64,000 bases of DNA from Octopus vulgaris (taxonomy: Eukaryota). Below, one piece after another: positions 1 to 12,764 of this stretch (position 1 is its first letter; each line of letters starts with the position of its first letter). The notes under the pieces are model-generated. The model ran no database searches and was not told the DNA's origin. It worked only from the letters and a program-made list of their open reading frames with translations. The DNA is taken from contig OX597817.1 of NCBI GenBank assembly GCA_951406725.2, positions 18,724,001 through 18,788,000 on the forward strand, given 5' to 3'. The translations under genes were made by a program, and so were the position numbers.

Positions 1-930
1 AAAGTCACAATAACAGATGATAAGCATGTAAAGCCATGAACAAGCCACTAATGTCTAAAGTGATTTGTAAAATATATTGCATACTTGAATTTGCAATTCA
101 CCAATTCAATGGATCTAGTGGGCATGCAAGTTACAAGAGCGGTAATTTTCTGTCGGATGAACATGCACTTACAGCAAGGAGATTTTTCTGTATATATAAT
201 ACTACTCAGCCAAAAACCGAACTAAATAGGAACATTGTAGAGAAAACACATCTGTACTTATGGAATTATTCGTAAAAATGCAAGATTAATGATGGAAGCA
301 ACACTCATGACATGGTGCAATGTTAAACGAAACACAGAGATAAAATCGTAAAAGCAAATATAAACATCTCATGGATTGATCATCAATCGAACGTTCAAAA
401 ATGAATCTCCCCGCGAAAATATCTACACCACTGGCATAGGGTCAACTTACTATAAAGATGTAATAACACACGTCAGTATCACTTCATCCTTATATATTGT
501 ATTCGAATTTTGTGTTACAAGCAGCTCAATCTCAATAATGTGAGCATTATCAATATCATGTATTTAACGTATGCATGTTCACGTTGCTTTTTAAATAAAC
601 TTCGAATTTCGGTTCACTTGTGCGACGCTTTTGCACTTCAGTAGATAATTCTTACACTATTGGGTATACTTACTTCTCGGTGGCTATTGCGATTTGTTCC
701 GGAAGTGGAGGAGTATGTGACTGGTGAGCAGATATAACCGCGCACTATCGGTATCTGCGCACTCGTTCACTCACACAGCGATTTCGTTTTGACTATCTTT
801 GAAGCATGGTGCGCTTCTTAACACTATACGTCTTTAAACAGACATCTTTAAACGGATCTCCCTTAGAAGAAATACTTAGGGTTTGTATCGTTTAACAACA
901 CACATACATTAAGTCTGTGATATTGATAAC

Positions 931-969
<39 letters not shown>

Positions 970-1015
970 CAACAAACAGGTGCATAGGTTTAACGTTTTG
1001 GAAAGTGAGAAAGTA

Positions 1016-1049
1016 TTTTACGTTTCAAGCCTACGCTCTTCAACAGACA
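1016..1049 (-). ncRNA. Degenerate minimal hammerhead-like motif in a short repeat next to (TA)n
   Basis: Minus strand reads CTGTTGA-A-GAGC-GTAG-GCTT-GAAA-CGT-A: stem II GAGC/GCTT, palindromic ACGT stem III, GUA site. A6 is changed to U and stem I is decayed. Confidence 0.45.
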
Positions 1050-1321
1050 GGAACACGAGAAAATAAATAGATAGAGAATAAACATTATCGATATCATAGA
1101 CTTAGCTTATGTGTGTTGTTAAACGATACAAAGCCTCAGTATTTCTCTCTCTCCTGTATCTTTTCTCTTAAAAAAGGCAAAACAAAACTGTGTCCCACAG
1201 TTCAGTATTTTCCTCTCGTTCTCGTTAAACGACCTTCTATGTGTGTTTTCGTTTGGTTTCCTTGTATATTTCCACTGTCATTTTTTGTTCCCAACTTTGA
1301 CCCTCCATAAATTCTAAATTT

Positions 1322-1531
1322 TATTTTAGAATTAATGGGAGCAATTGTGTTTGAGGACTCACATTGTCGTTGGATACTCGAAATGAGGAGTAGATAGGAT
1401 CCTTTCTCTGCGTTAACTTGTCCTGTTTTCCATTTTTCTCGTTGCTTATGTATTTCTCTCGTTTTTTTCCTCGTTTGGTTACGTATTTCATGTTATTTAC
1501 ACCGATGATGACATCCTGTACCCATATATCC

Positions 1532-1569
<38 letters not shown>

Positions 1570-1758
1570 CAGAATTTATGGGAGTAACTGTCTCTGAAGA
1601 GTCATATTTCCATTGAGTGCTCGAAAACAGGAGTAGATAGACAGCCGACAATTGATGAAGGGTCCTTTCTATGTTAACTTGTCCTGTTTTCCATTTTTCT
1701 CGTTGTTTATGTATGTCATTCGTTTTTACCTCGTTTGTTCACGTATTTCATGCTATTT
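1322..1758 (+). repeat. Diverged tandem direct repeat (~190-bp units at ~1322-1530 and ~1566-1758) separated by (TA)n
   Basis: Shared blocks ATGGGAG..CTCGAAA..GGAGTAGATAG and GTTAACTTGTCCTGTTTTCCATTTTTCTCGTTG..ACGTATTTCATG. The second unit has CTGAAGAG...CTCGAAA. Confidence 0.75.
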
Positions 1759-1877
1759 GATAAATAATATATTGTTTTCTGCAAATATTCATTGGGTTCT
1801 CTTTGGCTTCACGTTGCTCAATTAAAGTCGTACACATATATATGCTTACGTGTGTGTGTATATGCGTGCAGGTTATA

Positions 1878-2177
1878 TGAAGGCACGTTGCTAAAGGGTT
1901 AGGATATTCGGCTCACAATCGTGAGTTCAATATCTGGCGTTGTTTTGTGTCCTTGAGCATTTTATTTCACGTTGCTGCAGTCGACTCAGCTTGCAAAAAT
2001 GATTAGTGTTTGTGGCTCAAAGAGCCGCCCTTCTCACATTTGGGATCAATCTAACAACTACTTTAGTGGTATAGGTGTTTGTGGGGTGCCCAGCCACTTG
2101 CACGTTCATTTAATGAGCAGGCTGTTCCGTTTATCAGATCAACCGGAACCCTCGTTTTGACAACCGAGGGAGTTCCA
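1878..2177 (+). mobile_element. Degenerate tRNA-derived SINE (same tail as 15020 and 52919 copies)
   Basis: Tail CAGCCACTTGCACGTT..GAGCAGGCTGTTCCGTT..TCAACCGGAACCCTCG matches the reverse complement of the 52919 copy; the head is decayed. Confidence 0.65.
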
Positions 2178-4533
2178 GTTATGAATGCGGGTGTGTCTGT
2201 GTCCCTGCTTATAATAACTGTAAATAACAGTGAAAATATCGGCATTGTGTCAAAACGTTCATAAATATAAATCGATGAATAATTACTACAGTGAAATATA
2301 TACTGTGACCTATATCATTGACTAAAGCTCTTGAAGTCATTGCCCCAGCATAGCCGTTGTCCATTCACTAAAACCAGAGTAGGCTTAAAAGCTTATTATA
2401 TATCCTTTTCCAAATACTATTCTTCGTCCAGGAAAAACAGCTGAATCGTTTGATTCGTGAATTTATCTACTCCTACTCAAAAGTGAAATTTTCAGTCGAG
2501 TCTGTCTGTAACGGGATTTATCGGAGACACTGATATGTTATTCAACACGAAGTTAGCTTTTATTGCTACTCTTTCAGTTCCTAGACGAGAAGACAGGCTG
2601 GTGCAGGATGGTGTGAAAGCGTATCATTACAAAGTGAAATTAAGACTTTAATAGGTTTTATTACACTTTAATTTCTCTCATATATATTACCATATCACTC
2701 ATTCTATTTCCGTCCACATCTTTCTTTGTTTTCTTATCTTTTTTTTTCTCTCTTGCTCAGTAGGCATTTACCTATTTATCCAACCAATCGACACGCCATC
2801 AAACGAATACCATTTAGTACAATGATAAAAGCTGCTTTTGAATAAATATTGATAATGTATAAACATAATTATGCTTAAATACATTAGAAAGAACAGACAT
2901 ACTCTTATACACACATACAGTTATCTCTAGTTTACTTACACTTACAGCTATTTACACATATATACACAAGCACTTACAAACAAATATGATCGCATATTGC
3001 TTCTCGCATTCTAACCTTCTATCCGACTCTTCCTTCCTCTGCCATTTACTCACTCTAGTGAAACATGTATACTTAAACTTGCAAAAACTCACACAGCCAG
3101 AATATCTATCCGTTCTTTCTGTTTGTTCATTTTCCTGTACTTCAAATATAATTAAAAAGCGCACTTTGAAGATTATTTGTCGTTATGTAATATTGCTCAT
3201 TATAAAACATAAATCACACGTTTGTTTTCCAATGCGCTGTATGGTCTTTTCCATATGCGCACAATAAAATCTTCATATGATTTTGTTATATTATCTCAAC
3301 GAAGCGTATCTTTACTTAAGAATAGCCGATAAAAGTGTTGGTTGGTCGGTTGGTTGCTCGGGTGATTTTTAACATAAGAGTTACAGGATGAGATTACGTA
3401 CTAGACTTGGTGACAGGCAAAGACTTGGTGACAGAAGTGCAGCACACACACACCGAGTCAGAGAGGGAAAAAATATGCGTCTAAAGTTATTCGTCATATG
3501 ATGAGTTACACTCTAGCAGAGAGAATGATCGATAACGTATTCTCTAAGAGTGTTGATAACAACTATGTCTTATGTCTATAGTCAAGCCGTAAAGCGATCA
3601 GACGGCTCATTGTAAATCGTTGTACGTAGGTAGTGACGAACAGAAACAACTTACTGATCTGTGTATTAATGCCAATTCGATTCTTATGAAGGTCTTCGTT
3701 ATCTTGCAGCGGTGTGGTTATGTCCTCCTCTGAGTATAGCTTCGAAGAGATGATTTCTTGTAATCATTTTACATACTTAAGAATAACTTAAATATGAATT
3801 AGAGGCAGCGCTAGTGTTGCAAACATTATCGAAGACACGTACTCAAAGTATACGCTATACATGTTCGCTTGAACGTTGCAGTTTGACACGGTGGAGATGA
3901 CCATTTCAAAGCACCGGGTGTTAAAATACCTGACAGTCATAGACAAGCGAGACAACTCATCCCAAATCCCATTCAGGAAGTATCGACATCGATGCTTCGC
4001 CATTTTTGTGGCTTGTTAACATCACCCACCTTAACTGAATCGGATGCGAATTAAAACGCCAGTCCATGACTGTATGCAAGATAATGTAAAGACCATCTGC
4101 TGGTATGCCCCATCGATGGATACGTAGGAATAAATATGAATTAGAAGTAATAAATAAATTCAAATGTGAATTAAAAATCCCATTCAGTGGTGAGCTGTCT
4201 CGCTTTTCTCTAACTTTCAGGTGGTTTTTAGACCCAGAACTGCGAAATCGCAACCTATTAGCAAACAAGCAAGACACATGTATTGAGTACATGTGTTCGA
4301 TGAAGTCTACAACACCCACGCTGCTTCTCATTCCTATTCGAATTTATTCTCAATTTATTTTCTCAGTGATTAAACAACATGATAAAATTGAATTAAATAA
4401 AATAAAGTAAAAATGAATAAAATTAGACTTAACAGGAATGATCTTAACAAGAGTGATCTGAGAGCAATGTTGAAGTATGCACCAAACATTGAAGTTAAAA
4501 CTACAGTAAATGACTGTTCCGTAATATATGTAT

Positions 4534-4534
4534 T

Positions 4535-4581
<47 letters not shown>

Positions 4582-4636
4582 CATCCATCCATCATATATC
4601 AATCTATCTATCTATATATGTATGCATATATATGTA

Positions 4637-4726
<90 letters not shown>
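4534..4726. repeat. Compound (TCTA)n/(TA)n microsatellite
   Basis: Directly visible. Confidence 0.95.
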
Positions 4727-4729
<3 letters not shown>

Positions 4730-5286
4730 ATTTCAGTTCTGGAGCTGGTTGGCTGTTAACAGAGTTACCACAGTAGCAAAGAATTGAGACAGAAAGATTT
4801 CATCAGCTCAGTGCGCTAGTTACTTCAAATGAGTTAAATATCTTGATGGAATGTAAAAAATTGGCTTTCTATCTAGCAGAATCTAGATTTATGATCTTAA
4901 TGCTATTATGTATTTAAGATTTATTAATCTAATGCTATTAAGTATTAAACTGATGCTATGAATTTTCAAATTAATTTTAACTTATATATTCTTGACATAT
5001 AGTAAACTGTTTCATTTATCAGGAAGTTAACATAAATATCTTAAAGTACTTTCAAAATGACTATAAAAGCAGTAACTAACTACGTAATATAAAATAGATT
5101 TTGTAATGCTTACTAATTTCAAAATTTGAAAAAATAACTATTTACTAAATATTCACTTGTAGGTATTAGCATTATTATTTTTATAACTTACGAATTTTAT
5201 GTTTCATTTTTTAAAAATATATTTGAATGTTTCCTGGAAGGTATCGAAATTTAGTGCTTTTTAGTTTTAGAATGAAAACTAATATA

Positions 5287-5441
5287 GGCGCAAGCGTGGC
5301 TCTGCGGTTAGACGTTTGCTTCTCAAACACATGGTTCAATCTCACTGCATGACATCTTGCGCAAATGTAAACTCCTAAAGCCTCGGGTGCGTCGAAGCTC
5401 AGTGAGAGGACTTTGTAGAGAGAAACCGTAAGAAGCCCGTC
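5287..5441 (+). mobile_element. Decayed 5' half of the main tRNA-derived SINE family
   Basis: GGCGCAAGCGTGGCTCTGCGGTTAG..CACATGGTTC..GCCTCGGG..AAGAAGCCCGTC aligns to the 28859 copy. Confidence 0.65.
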
Positions 5442-5491
5442 ATCTATCTATCTATCCATCTATTTATCTATCTGTCTGTCTGTCTATCTAT

Positions 5492-5760
5492 ATCACGTGA
5501 TCACGTGGCCGATCAGACTGTCAGATGCTGTTGCAAATCACTGACCATAGTGCCCTTTGCATCGATATAGCCATCGCATGACGCCACTCCAGTGTTTTTG
5601 TGAGCAGGCCAGCATTCCCTCCTCATCGAAAGGGGACTCGAAACAATTAGAAATGAAGTGTTTTGCTAAAGAACATAACGAGCCGGCCGCTCTGGGAATC
5701 GCACCCATGATCCAGGGAACATGAGTGCAGCAACTTAAACACTAGGCCACACACTTCACA
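5492..5760 (-). mobile_element. Degenerate tRNA-headed SINE
   Basis: Minus strand has A-box-like TGGCCTAGTGTT and B-box-like GGTGCGATTCCCAG, similar to the 52919-53301 head. Confidence 0.5.
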
Positions 5761-5823
5761 CCTCACAAACACAGACACAGGTATATATACACACACAGGC
5801 GCGCGCACGCACATACACACATA

Positions 5824-5860
<37 letters not shown>

Positions 5861-5861
5861 G

Positions 5862-6130
5862 AGTAGTTGTATACTGTCAACTTAATGTGACAGTCCCATG
5901 AAGGGAATCACATCACTGCTATTTAGCCCTAGGAAGCAGCAACGCTTCCTGTCGGCCTTGACACATTTCCTGTGTCCTTATGTTTACAAGGGGGAGATAA
6001 GCACCTCCACATAGCTAAACAGGAAAAGTGTCAAGGCCGACAGGAAGCGTTGGTGCTTTCTAGGGCTAAATAGCAGTGGTGTGATTCCTTTCATGAGATT
6101 GTCACATTAAGTTGACAGTATACAACTACT
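5862..6130. repeat. Fold-back element: ~110-bp inverted arms (5862-5973 / 6019-6130) with a ~45-bp spacer
   Basis: AGTAGTTGTATACTGTCAACTTAATGTGACA... versus ...TGTCACATTAAGTTGACAGTATACAACTACT; preceded by (TA)n. Confidence 0.9.
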
Positions 6131-6180
6131 ATACGGTACCACTACTGCATATATCTCTCTGAGATATTTAGAAATGTAAT

Positions 6181-6296
<116 letters not shown>

Positions 6297-7373
6297 CCAT
6301 CTATGTGCGTCTTTGAATCTGTCTTTGTCCCCCCAGCACCGCTTGACAGTGTCGTCGTGTTTCCGTTCCCGTAAATTAGTCGTTCGACTAAAATTCTTGA
6401 AGGCGATGCCACAGTCTAATGGGAAAATAAATTAATAGAGTGATGTTGAGGTCGAAATTTCCTGATCTGAAGCCACAGTCAGAAATCCTGTAATGATAAC
6501 AAGGAGTTAGAAAATGTATTTCATCATTACTTCCGACTGTTTATTTTGTGAGTTCAATTCAGTTCAGTTCCTACAAAGATCGCCTTTACCTCCCTCCACC
6601 CCAGGTTCATTAAAGCAAAGCATCAGTCAAGTCTTGAGCCGATATAATCCACTATCCGTTCCCCTGAAAATTGCTGGTGGCGTACGCAAATTAGATTCCA
6701 TTTTAAATTATATCGCTACCATTTAAATAAATGCGATGTCCTTCTTGAATCTAATTCCTGTTTCCCTTCCTGCTTTTTATTGATGGATATAAAATAATAT
6801 TGTGATATGGGCATTTATCAGATAGTGATTTATCTAATTTAGGTTATAATATTCGTTTATTATTAAAAAAAACGTTCCTCTCAGAGATATACTTTATGCT
6901 ATGTCTTATTTCATTTTATGTTTTCAGATATGCCCTGTATAAATGTGATGGAGCAAATTCTTTTACTTTGCCGATAACAGTTCTGTTATGACGTTGGGAA
7001 ATAGTCGGTAGTGCTTCTAAATTACCCAGATACTCAAATTCATTTGATCTTCCCTGCATTACGATATGTATACACGCACACACACACACATATGTATATA
7101 TATTCTTTATTTTTACCAGTTTGTCATTTGACTGAGGCACGCTAGAAGGAATAGCCAAAATCCAAACCACTTGCGCGACGGATTTGAAAAATTATAATAT
7201 ATAAGCACGGGGCACATGCTGGATTGCCTCGTATTTAGATGTTTAATCTAGGCATACCTGTTGGTGAAGACTTCGCCTAGCAAATTATTTTATTTGCTTA
7301 TATAAAGTCAGAAACCATGGTCCAGGATATAGATGGTAAATGTTTTTAGTCTTCATTCGCTTCGAAACAAACA

Positions 7374-7504
7374 AAAACCGTTAGATTCACTTCAACCTTT
7401 AAATTTAATTTGTCAAAATATTTGCTTCGCTTTGAGACCGCGACCTGTTCACTGACCAAACTCTGTGCTGCATCACATAAAGGTTGAAGTGAATCTAATG
7501 GTTT
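7374..7504. repeat. 27-bp inverted repeat enclosing a decayed G3-C8-type hammerhead-like motif (7412-7456, minus)
   Basis: Arms AAACCGTTAGATTCACTTCAACCTTTA / TAAAGGTTGAAGTGAATCTAATGGTTT. Inside, the minus strand reads GTCA-GTGAACA-GGTCGC..GCGAA-GCAA-ATAT-TT-TGAC. Confidence 0.6.
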
Positions 7505-7617
7505 CTGTGTGTTTCTTAAATGGCTTATAAACACCTTCCACGCTGCAATTGTTTTCGTTCCAGCACACGATCTCAGATCAAGTCACTCGCTACGTGCAAG
7601 TACATCTCCGTAATATA

Positions 7618-7923
7618 TCTTTATATACAAAATTGAAGTTGTGTGTGTGAGACTCTGTCTCGTCCGATTTAGATTCCTAACTACTCTCACATTTTGCGGT
7701 GCAGTTTAACCAAAAGCGGGTATCTTATAGTCGTCATTCATATCGAGTCCTCCTGAGTGTTAGCGCGCGTCTACGATGAGTCTACGATTTAAAAAAAAAA
7801 TTACCATCATTTTTCCGCATTTCTAATGATATTTGCTCGGGTTATATAAGGGAAGTACCTCTCTAAAAATGCTTATATAGTTATTTCCCTTACAAACCCG
7901 CGCAACGCCGGGCGATACTGCTA

Positions 7924-7924
<1 letters not shown>
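7618..7924 (+). mobile_element. Non-autonomous Helitron
   Basis: 5' TC after A, subterminal GC hairpin CCCGCGCAACGCCGGG, 3' CTAG before T. The 3' end is shared with the 57131-57512 copy. Confidence 0.85.
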
Positions 7925-7966
<42 letters not shown>

Positions 7967-8703
7967 TATGTATGAGCGTACGCGTGCCTTATTGATATGT
8001 TCTTACTTCTTGTTCTTGCTGTGTTGACTAAACCTTCTATGTTTGGATGTGTCTGATTGCGTGTACATTTTGATTGGTGTATTATTGCCGTATTGTGAGA
8101 AATATGACACTGTATCTAAGACTGACGCTATGCGTGCATTTACGACCGGAATATGTGTGGGTAGAGAGAGAGAGAGTAATACTGTTATGTAAATCTATGC
8201 TTGGACACATGTGTATTTGCGCGCACATAGGTTTGGATGCGAGCGTCATATGTAAATGTAGAGTAATGATAAGCACATTCAGAAACAGGCAGTTAAACTC
8301 TAACCTCTCGTTTCTTCTTACATGCTACGAATTACACTAAAGCAATACCTTTCTTCAACCAAATTAACTCCTTTAATGTTCTTAGAATGCAAATTTAGGA
8401 GCATTGCGAAATATGTAAGTTTAAATATGCACAATGATTAGCTTTAAATTTGAAGACGGTTTTCCGTCTTTTTCTCATCCAAGGGGATTTCAACCCAAGG
8501 TATTATAAGTTATTATTCAAAATAGTTTGCTTCGAGAGACAGTTCTTTACGACTTATTTACATACTAATGTTATTTTTCTATGTATTGTTATATATAGAA
8601 TTAGGGAAACATTTACTGAAGGTTAACTCAATTCTTTTAAATATTGAGTCTGACGAAGGTACTTCAGACAGGGTTCTAAATAACTGTAAAAATTTCACAC
8701 ACA

Positions 8704-8748
<45 letters not shown>

Positions 8749-8764
8749 ATATTCATACATACAC

Positions 8765-8872
<108 letters not shown>

Positions 8873-8891
8873 CTATGTATCTGTATATATA

Positions 8892-9085
8892 TAACGTGGA
8901 GTAGATGAAACCATGGCGACTGAAGAAGGGAAATTTTCCTTGTGTTGTATGTCCTGTACTCTATTTTTTCGTTGTTTTAAAAAAAATGTCCATTTCCTTG
9001 GTTTTGTGTTTATGTTTTCGTTTCTCCTTGTGTTCAACGTTTTTTTTGGTGTCCTGTACCCATATATGCATGTATATATACATGT
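8892..9085 (+). repeat. Dispersed relative of the 1322-1758 repeat unit
   Basis: Shared motifs GGAGTAGAT..TGAAGAAGGG..GTCCTGT..TCCTGTACCCATATAT; flanked by TA-rich microsatellites. Confidence 0.55.
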
Positions 9086-9143
9086 AGAGTTAGGTACGTA
9101 CATATATGTATGTATATATGCATATGTTTTATCTATTTATTAA

Positions 9144-9204
<61 letters not shown>

Positions 9205-9559
9205 TCGCATCATATACATACATGTTTATATTCATTTTAAATGAAATATATAGTCACTACACCGTGTTATTCTGTATCTGTTAATTTAGTATATATTTTA
9301 TTTTTATATCACGAGACAAAAGACCTTTAGAAAAATTTCCCGGCATTTTCGAAAATGAAGAGATTTCTGTATCATTATAGATTGAGACATGTGTGGCTAC
9401 TATGGCTTCATACTATGAATAAAGATGAAAATCCGAAACACACTAAAAATCGAAAAAAGAAGTTTCTCAAAATGCCCAGTGAAAAGAAAATATCAATAAC
9501 TAAAGATAATGTAAAAACATCTTGGTTTTATAAAAAAATAGTAATATCTTATGAAAAGT

Positions 9560-9650
9560 TGTATAGTTGTGATATTGGAGAAGTATATAGATGTAATGAG
9601 AGAATTTCAAAATGGAAGAAAAAACGTTATTGATGACAGAAGCAAATAAG
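9560..9650 (+). pseudogene. Possible mariner transposase HTH remnant
   Basis: Manual translation REFQNGRKNVIDDRS resembles the mariner F.xGR..V.D..RSGRP motif; very short. Confidence 0.3.
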
Positions 9651-11967
9651 AAGGAATTTATCTTCTAAAGAAGTATATAACTGCAGATATTTGCTTAAAA
9701 CAGATGAAGTTCGAAATAGAAGACTATTTTCTATATATTGATAAATCAAATTGAGGAACAGTACTGTCAACTGTATAATATTCGTTTAGGCTGGGGAATG
9801 AATATAGAGCCACGTCTTCTTACGAAAAGGAAAAAAAAAACCCAAAACCTATTGAACTCATTTTAAAAACTTCTTTCTATTGTTTCCAATGAAAAAAATG
9901 ATGATTTTAATAGTGAAATTCAGAGGGTGATTTGAAAGTTTTATCATCCATATGTTAATATCTCTGGCTATCTAGCTAAAATATGATATATCGCACTTCA
10001 TTTACGTCCGTTATATGACATATTTTAATTCAAATAATAAAAATATCTGTTCAAACTATCCGTAGCTGACGCGTAGATTGGGGAAAGAAATCACTTTTAA
10101 TACAATCAATTTAATCGCTGAGTAACTTTGAAACTTACAGGGATTAAGGGATCATAACGAAAATGGAATAATTTAAAATTTATCTATCCCGTCAAGAGTT
10201 GGAATAAAAACAATTTACTGATAAATGTGAAGAGATATTCTATATTTGACAGGAAAGATTTAGTTTATCTTCATGAACTGAAGATGCATAATACTACTGA
10301 TATCTTATCTATAAATTGTGTTGAGCGTCTCTGTCTCTGTGTGTCTGTTTGTGCATATCCAATGTTTCTATTTTGAGGATATTTCTTCGTAAACTTTGAA
10401 TCAATTCGTATGAAACATCTTAGCTTTTATGTTCCTCATACCTACCTTGTAAACTGTAATCACAAAAAGTTTTTATAGAAACAATCCACATCTTTCCTAA
10501 TTAGACACATATCTCCCAGGGTTCAGTTAATCGACCAAAAACGTTGACGTTAGAACTTGAAGACGAATATTGTATGATTTAACTGTAAGCTGAGAATCTT
10601 GTGATTTACTTATGATAATCTGCATGTATTGATCACCAGTAAGTGTCAACAGAATGCTTTAAGTGTTTATAGAAATTGCTTTATTCGACCTGGTTGTCTG
10701 GACAACTTATCTCTGCTAAATTTTGCACTTCAGATAAAAGATCGTGGTTGTAGGAGACCACATCATTATGACTTTTATGCAGGCAAGAAATGCCTTTTCG
10801 ATTTAGAATGCCGTTAATATATCTACTATATTGTCAGTCGATGACGTTGCTATTTGCCGTTAAGATTGTAATCAACAACCGTCTGTATTTTTCTTCCCTT
10901 CTAGTTGCTATTAATTCAACCGTATGATTAATTTCGTAGATATTTCGGTTCCAAAGATAAATCTTTCTCCACAATCGAACTATCTGTGAATAACATACAG
11001 GAATAAGAAGAAATTGAGATTACCAATCAAAATTTAGAATTCTAAATTTAAGTTTGTGTTATCAACGTCTTAGCAATGGCTATAAAATATAGAATAGAGA
11101 ATCTCTTAATGCTTAGCAGTTTGGAGATATACACCAGAAAGTCCAGTGCTTAACGTTTAGATCTCATCATTATTTGCTATTGCCAAGGAGCTTTGAATTA
11201 TTTAAATAACTATTCTGAAGTATGGTGGCTGCACATTTTTTCTTGCTACTCACCACTTGTTTTAATCTGAGAAAAAGGAATGTTCCCGTGGTTTAACAAC
11301 ACTATATAATATTAGGTTTTATATAGCTGAATGCCAAGATCTTTGAGTTCAGATTCTTGTTGAGTCATCAAATAAATTTTTTTAAAAATTAGTTAAGAGA
11401 TGATAAGAAATAGTAAGAAAAATGTGAGATAAGTGTCAGAACGGAACAATGTCTGGAAATCATCGCTTTCATTTCTTGATTTGCTATTTCTTTATAATGT
11501 TATAAATCCCTCATGCTAATGCCATTTTATTCATATTATGAAATATTGGAGTTTGTCGCAGGTTTACATGTATATCGTCCTTACCACTTTAGCACAAGGT
11601 TTTATACATTTAAACTATGGAAAAACTCTAGGAACTCTGTTATTTCTTTTACAATTTTAGTTAGGAACATGAAAAGTATTTTAATATATAAAGATAAATC
11701 ATACCTAAGACAAAACAGGTTTATTATTTGGCGGGAAATCATACTTTTCAGTGACTCTTATGCAGAATTAATTCTAGCTGTCTGGAATAAGCTAAGCTGT
11801 ACACACACACATTCATACACACACTGACACACACAGTCACTCACACACACCTACACACAAACACACAACTATGTACGTAAGTGTATGCGCTTGAATGTGT
11901 GCGTGTATGTAAAGAAAAATGAGCTGAAGAGTTAAGTGAATTAAGTCGAATTGTCCAATGACATGTA

Positions 11968-12764
11968 TTGGGTTGGCAACTAAGTTCCCGATGGTTTTAT
12001 AAATTTTGGAATTTATTGCGTTTTTAAATTTTGGAATATATTTTTTTCGAGAATTCTATTTTTGAATTATTTTGGAATCTATTTTTTTTTCTAGTTAATT
12101 TTAGTTAATTATTGTTTATTTTCAGATTATTAAAATGGAATGTCAAGTTAAAAACTAGAATTTTTTGACACCTCCTTGTTTTTGCTTTTAATCAAGGTTC
12201 TAAGGCCGGAAAAACTGCTCGCGATATTTGTGCTGTGCATGGAGAGGGTGCCTTGGCTAAAAGAACCGCTCGTGATTGGTATGCCAAATTCAAAAACGGA
12301 AATTTTGACCTCAAAGACGCACATCGTTCTGGCCGTCCAGATGAGTTCGATGAAAAGCGATTAAACCAACTTTTGCATGAAAATACTCGTCAAACGATAA
12401 GGGAAATGGCAGAGAAAAAGGGATGCTCTCACATTGCTATAGAGAAGCATCTTTACTCGAGGGGAAAGGTTCAGGAGTATGGAGCATGGCTTCCGCATGT
12501 TTTAAGTGACAACAACGAAAATCAACGAGCCACAATATCCGCTGGTTTGCTTCCTCGTCACCGCTCAACTCATGGACACAAGCAACGATTTCTTTACCGA
12601 ATCGTTACTGGCTACAAACAATGGTACTTGTTGAACGTTGGGAAAAAGTTGTAAACAACAAGGGTAAATACATTATTGATTAATTAGTTCTTAGTTTTTT
12701 ATTAAACCTTTTAAAAAATTAAAATTAAAAGAAAAAAACGGCGGGAACTTAGTTACCAACCTAA
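11968..12764 (+). mobile_element. Internally deleted mariner transposon with TIRs and TA duplication
   Basis: TIRs TTGGGTTGGCAACTAAGTTCCCG / CGGGAACTTAGTTACCAACCTAA, each flanked by TA. Confidence 0.9.
12134..12654 (+). pseudogene. Mariner transposase N-terminal remnant (frameshifted, catalytic domain mostly deleted)
   Basis: WYAKFKNGNFDLKDAHRSGRP, WLPHVLS (WVPHEL-like) and FLYRIVTG motifs in ORF 12235-12654. Confidence 0.9.
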
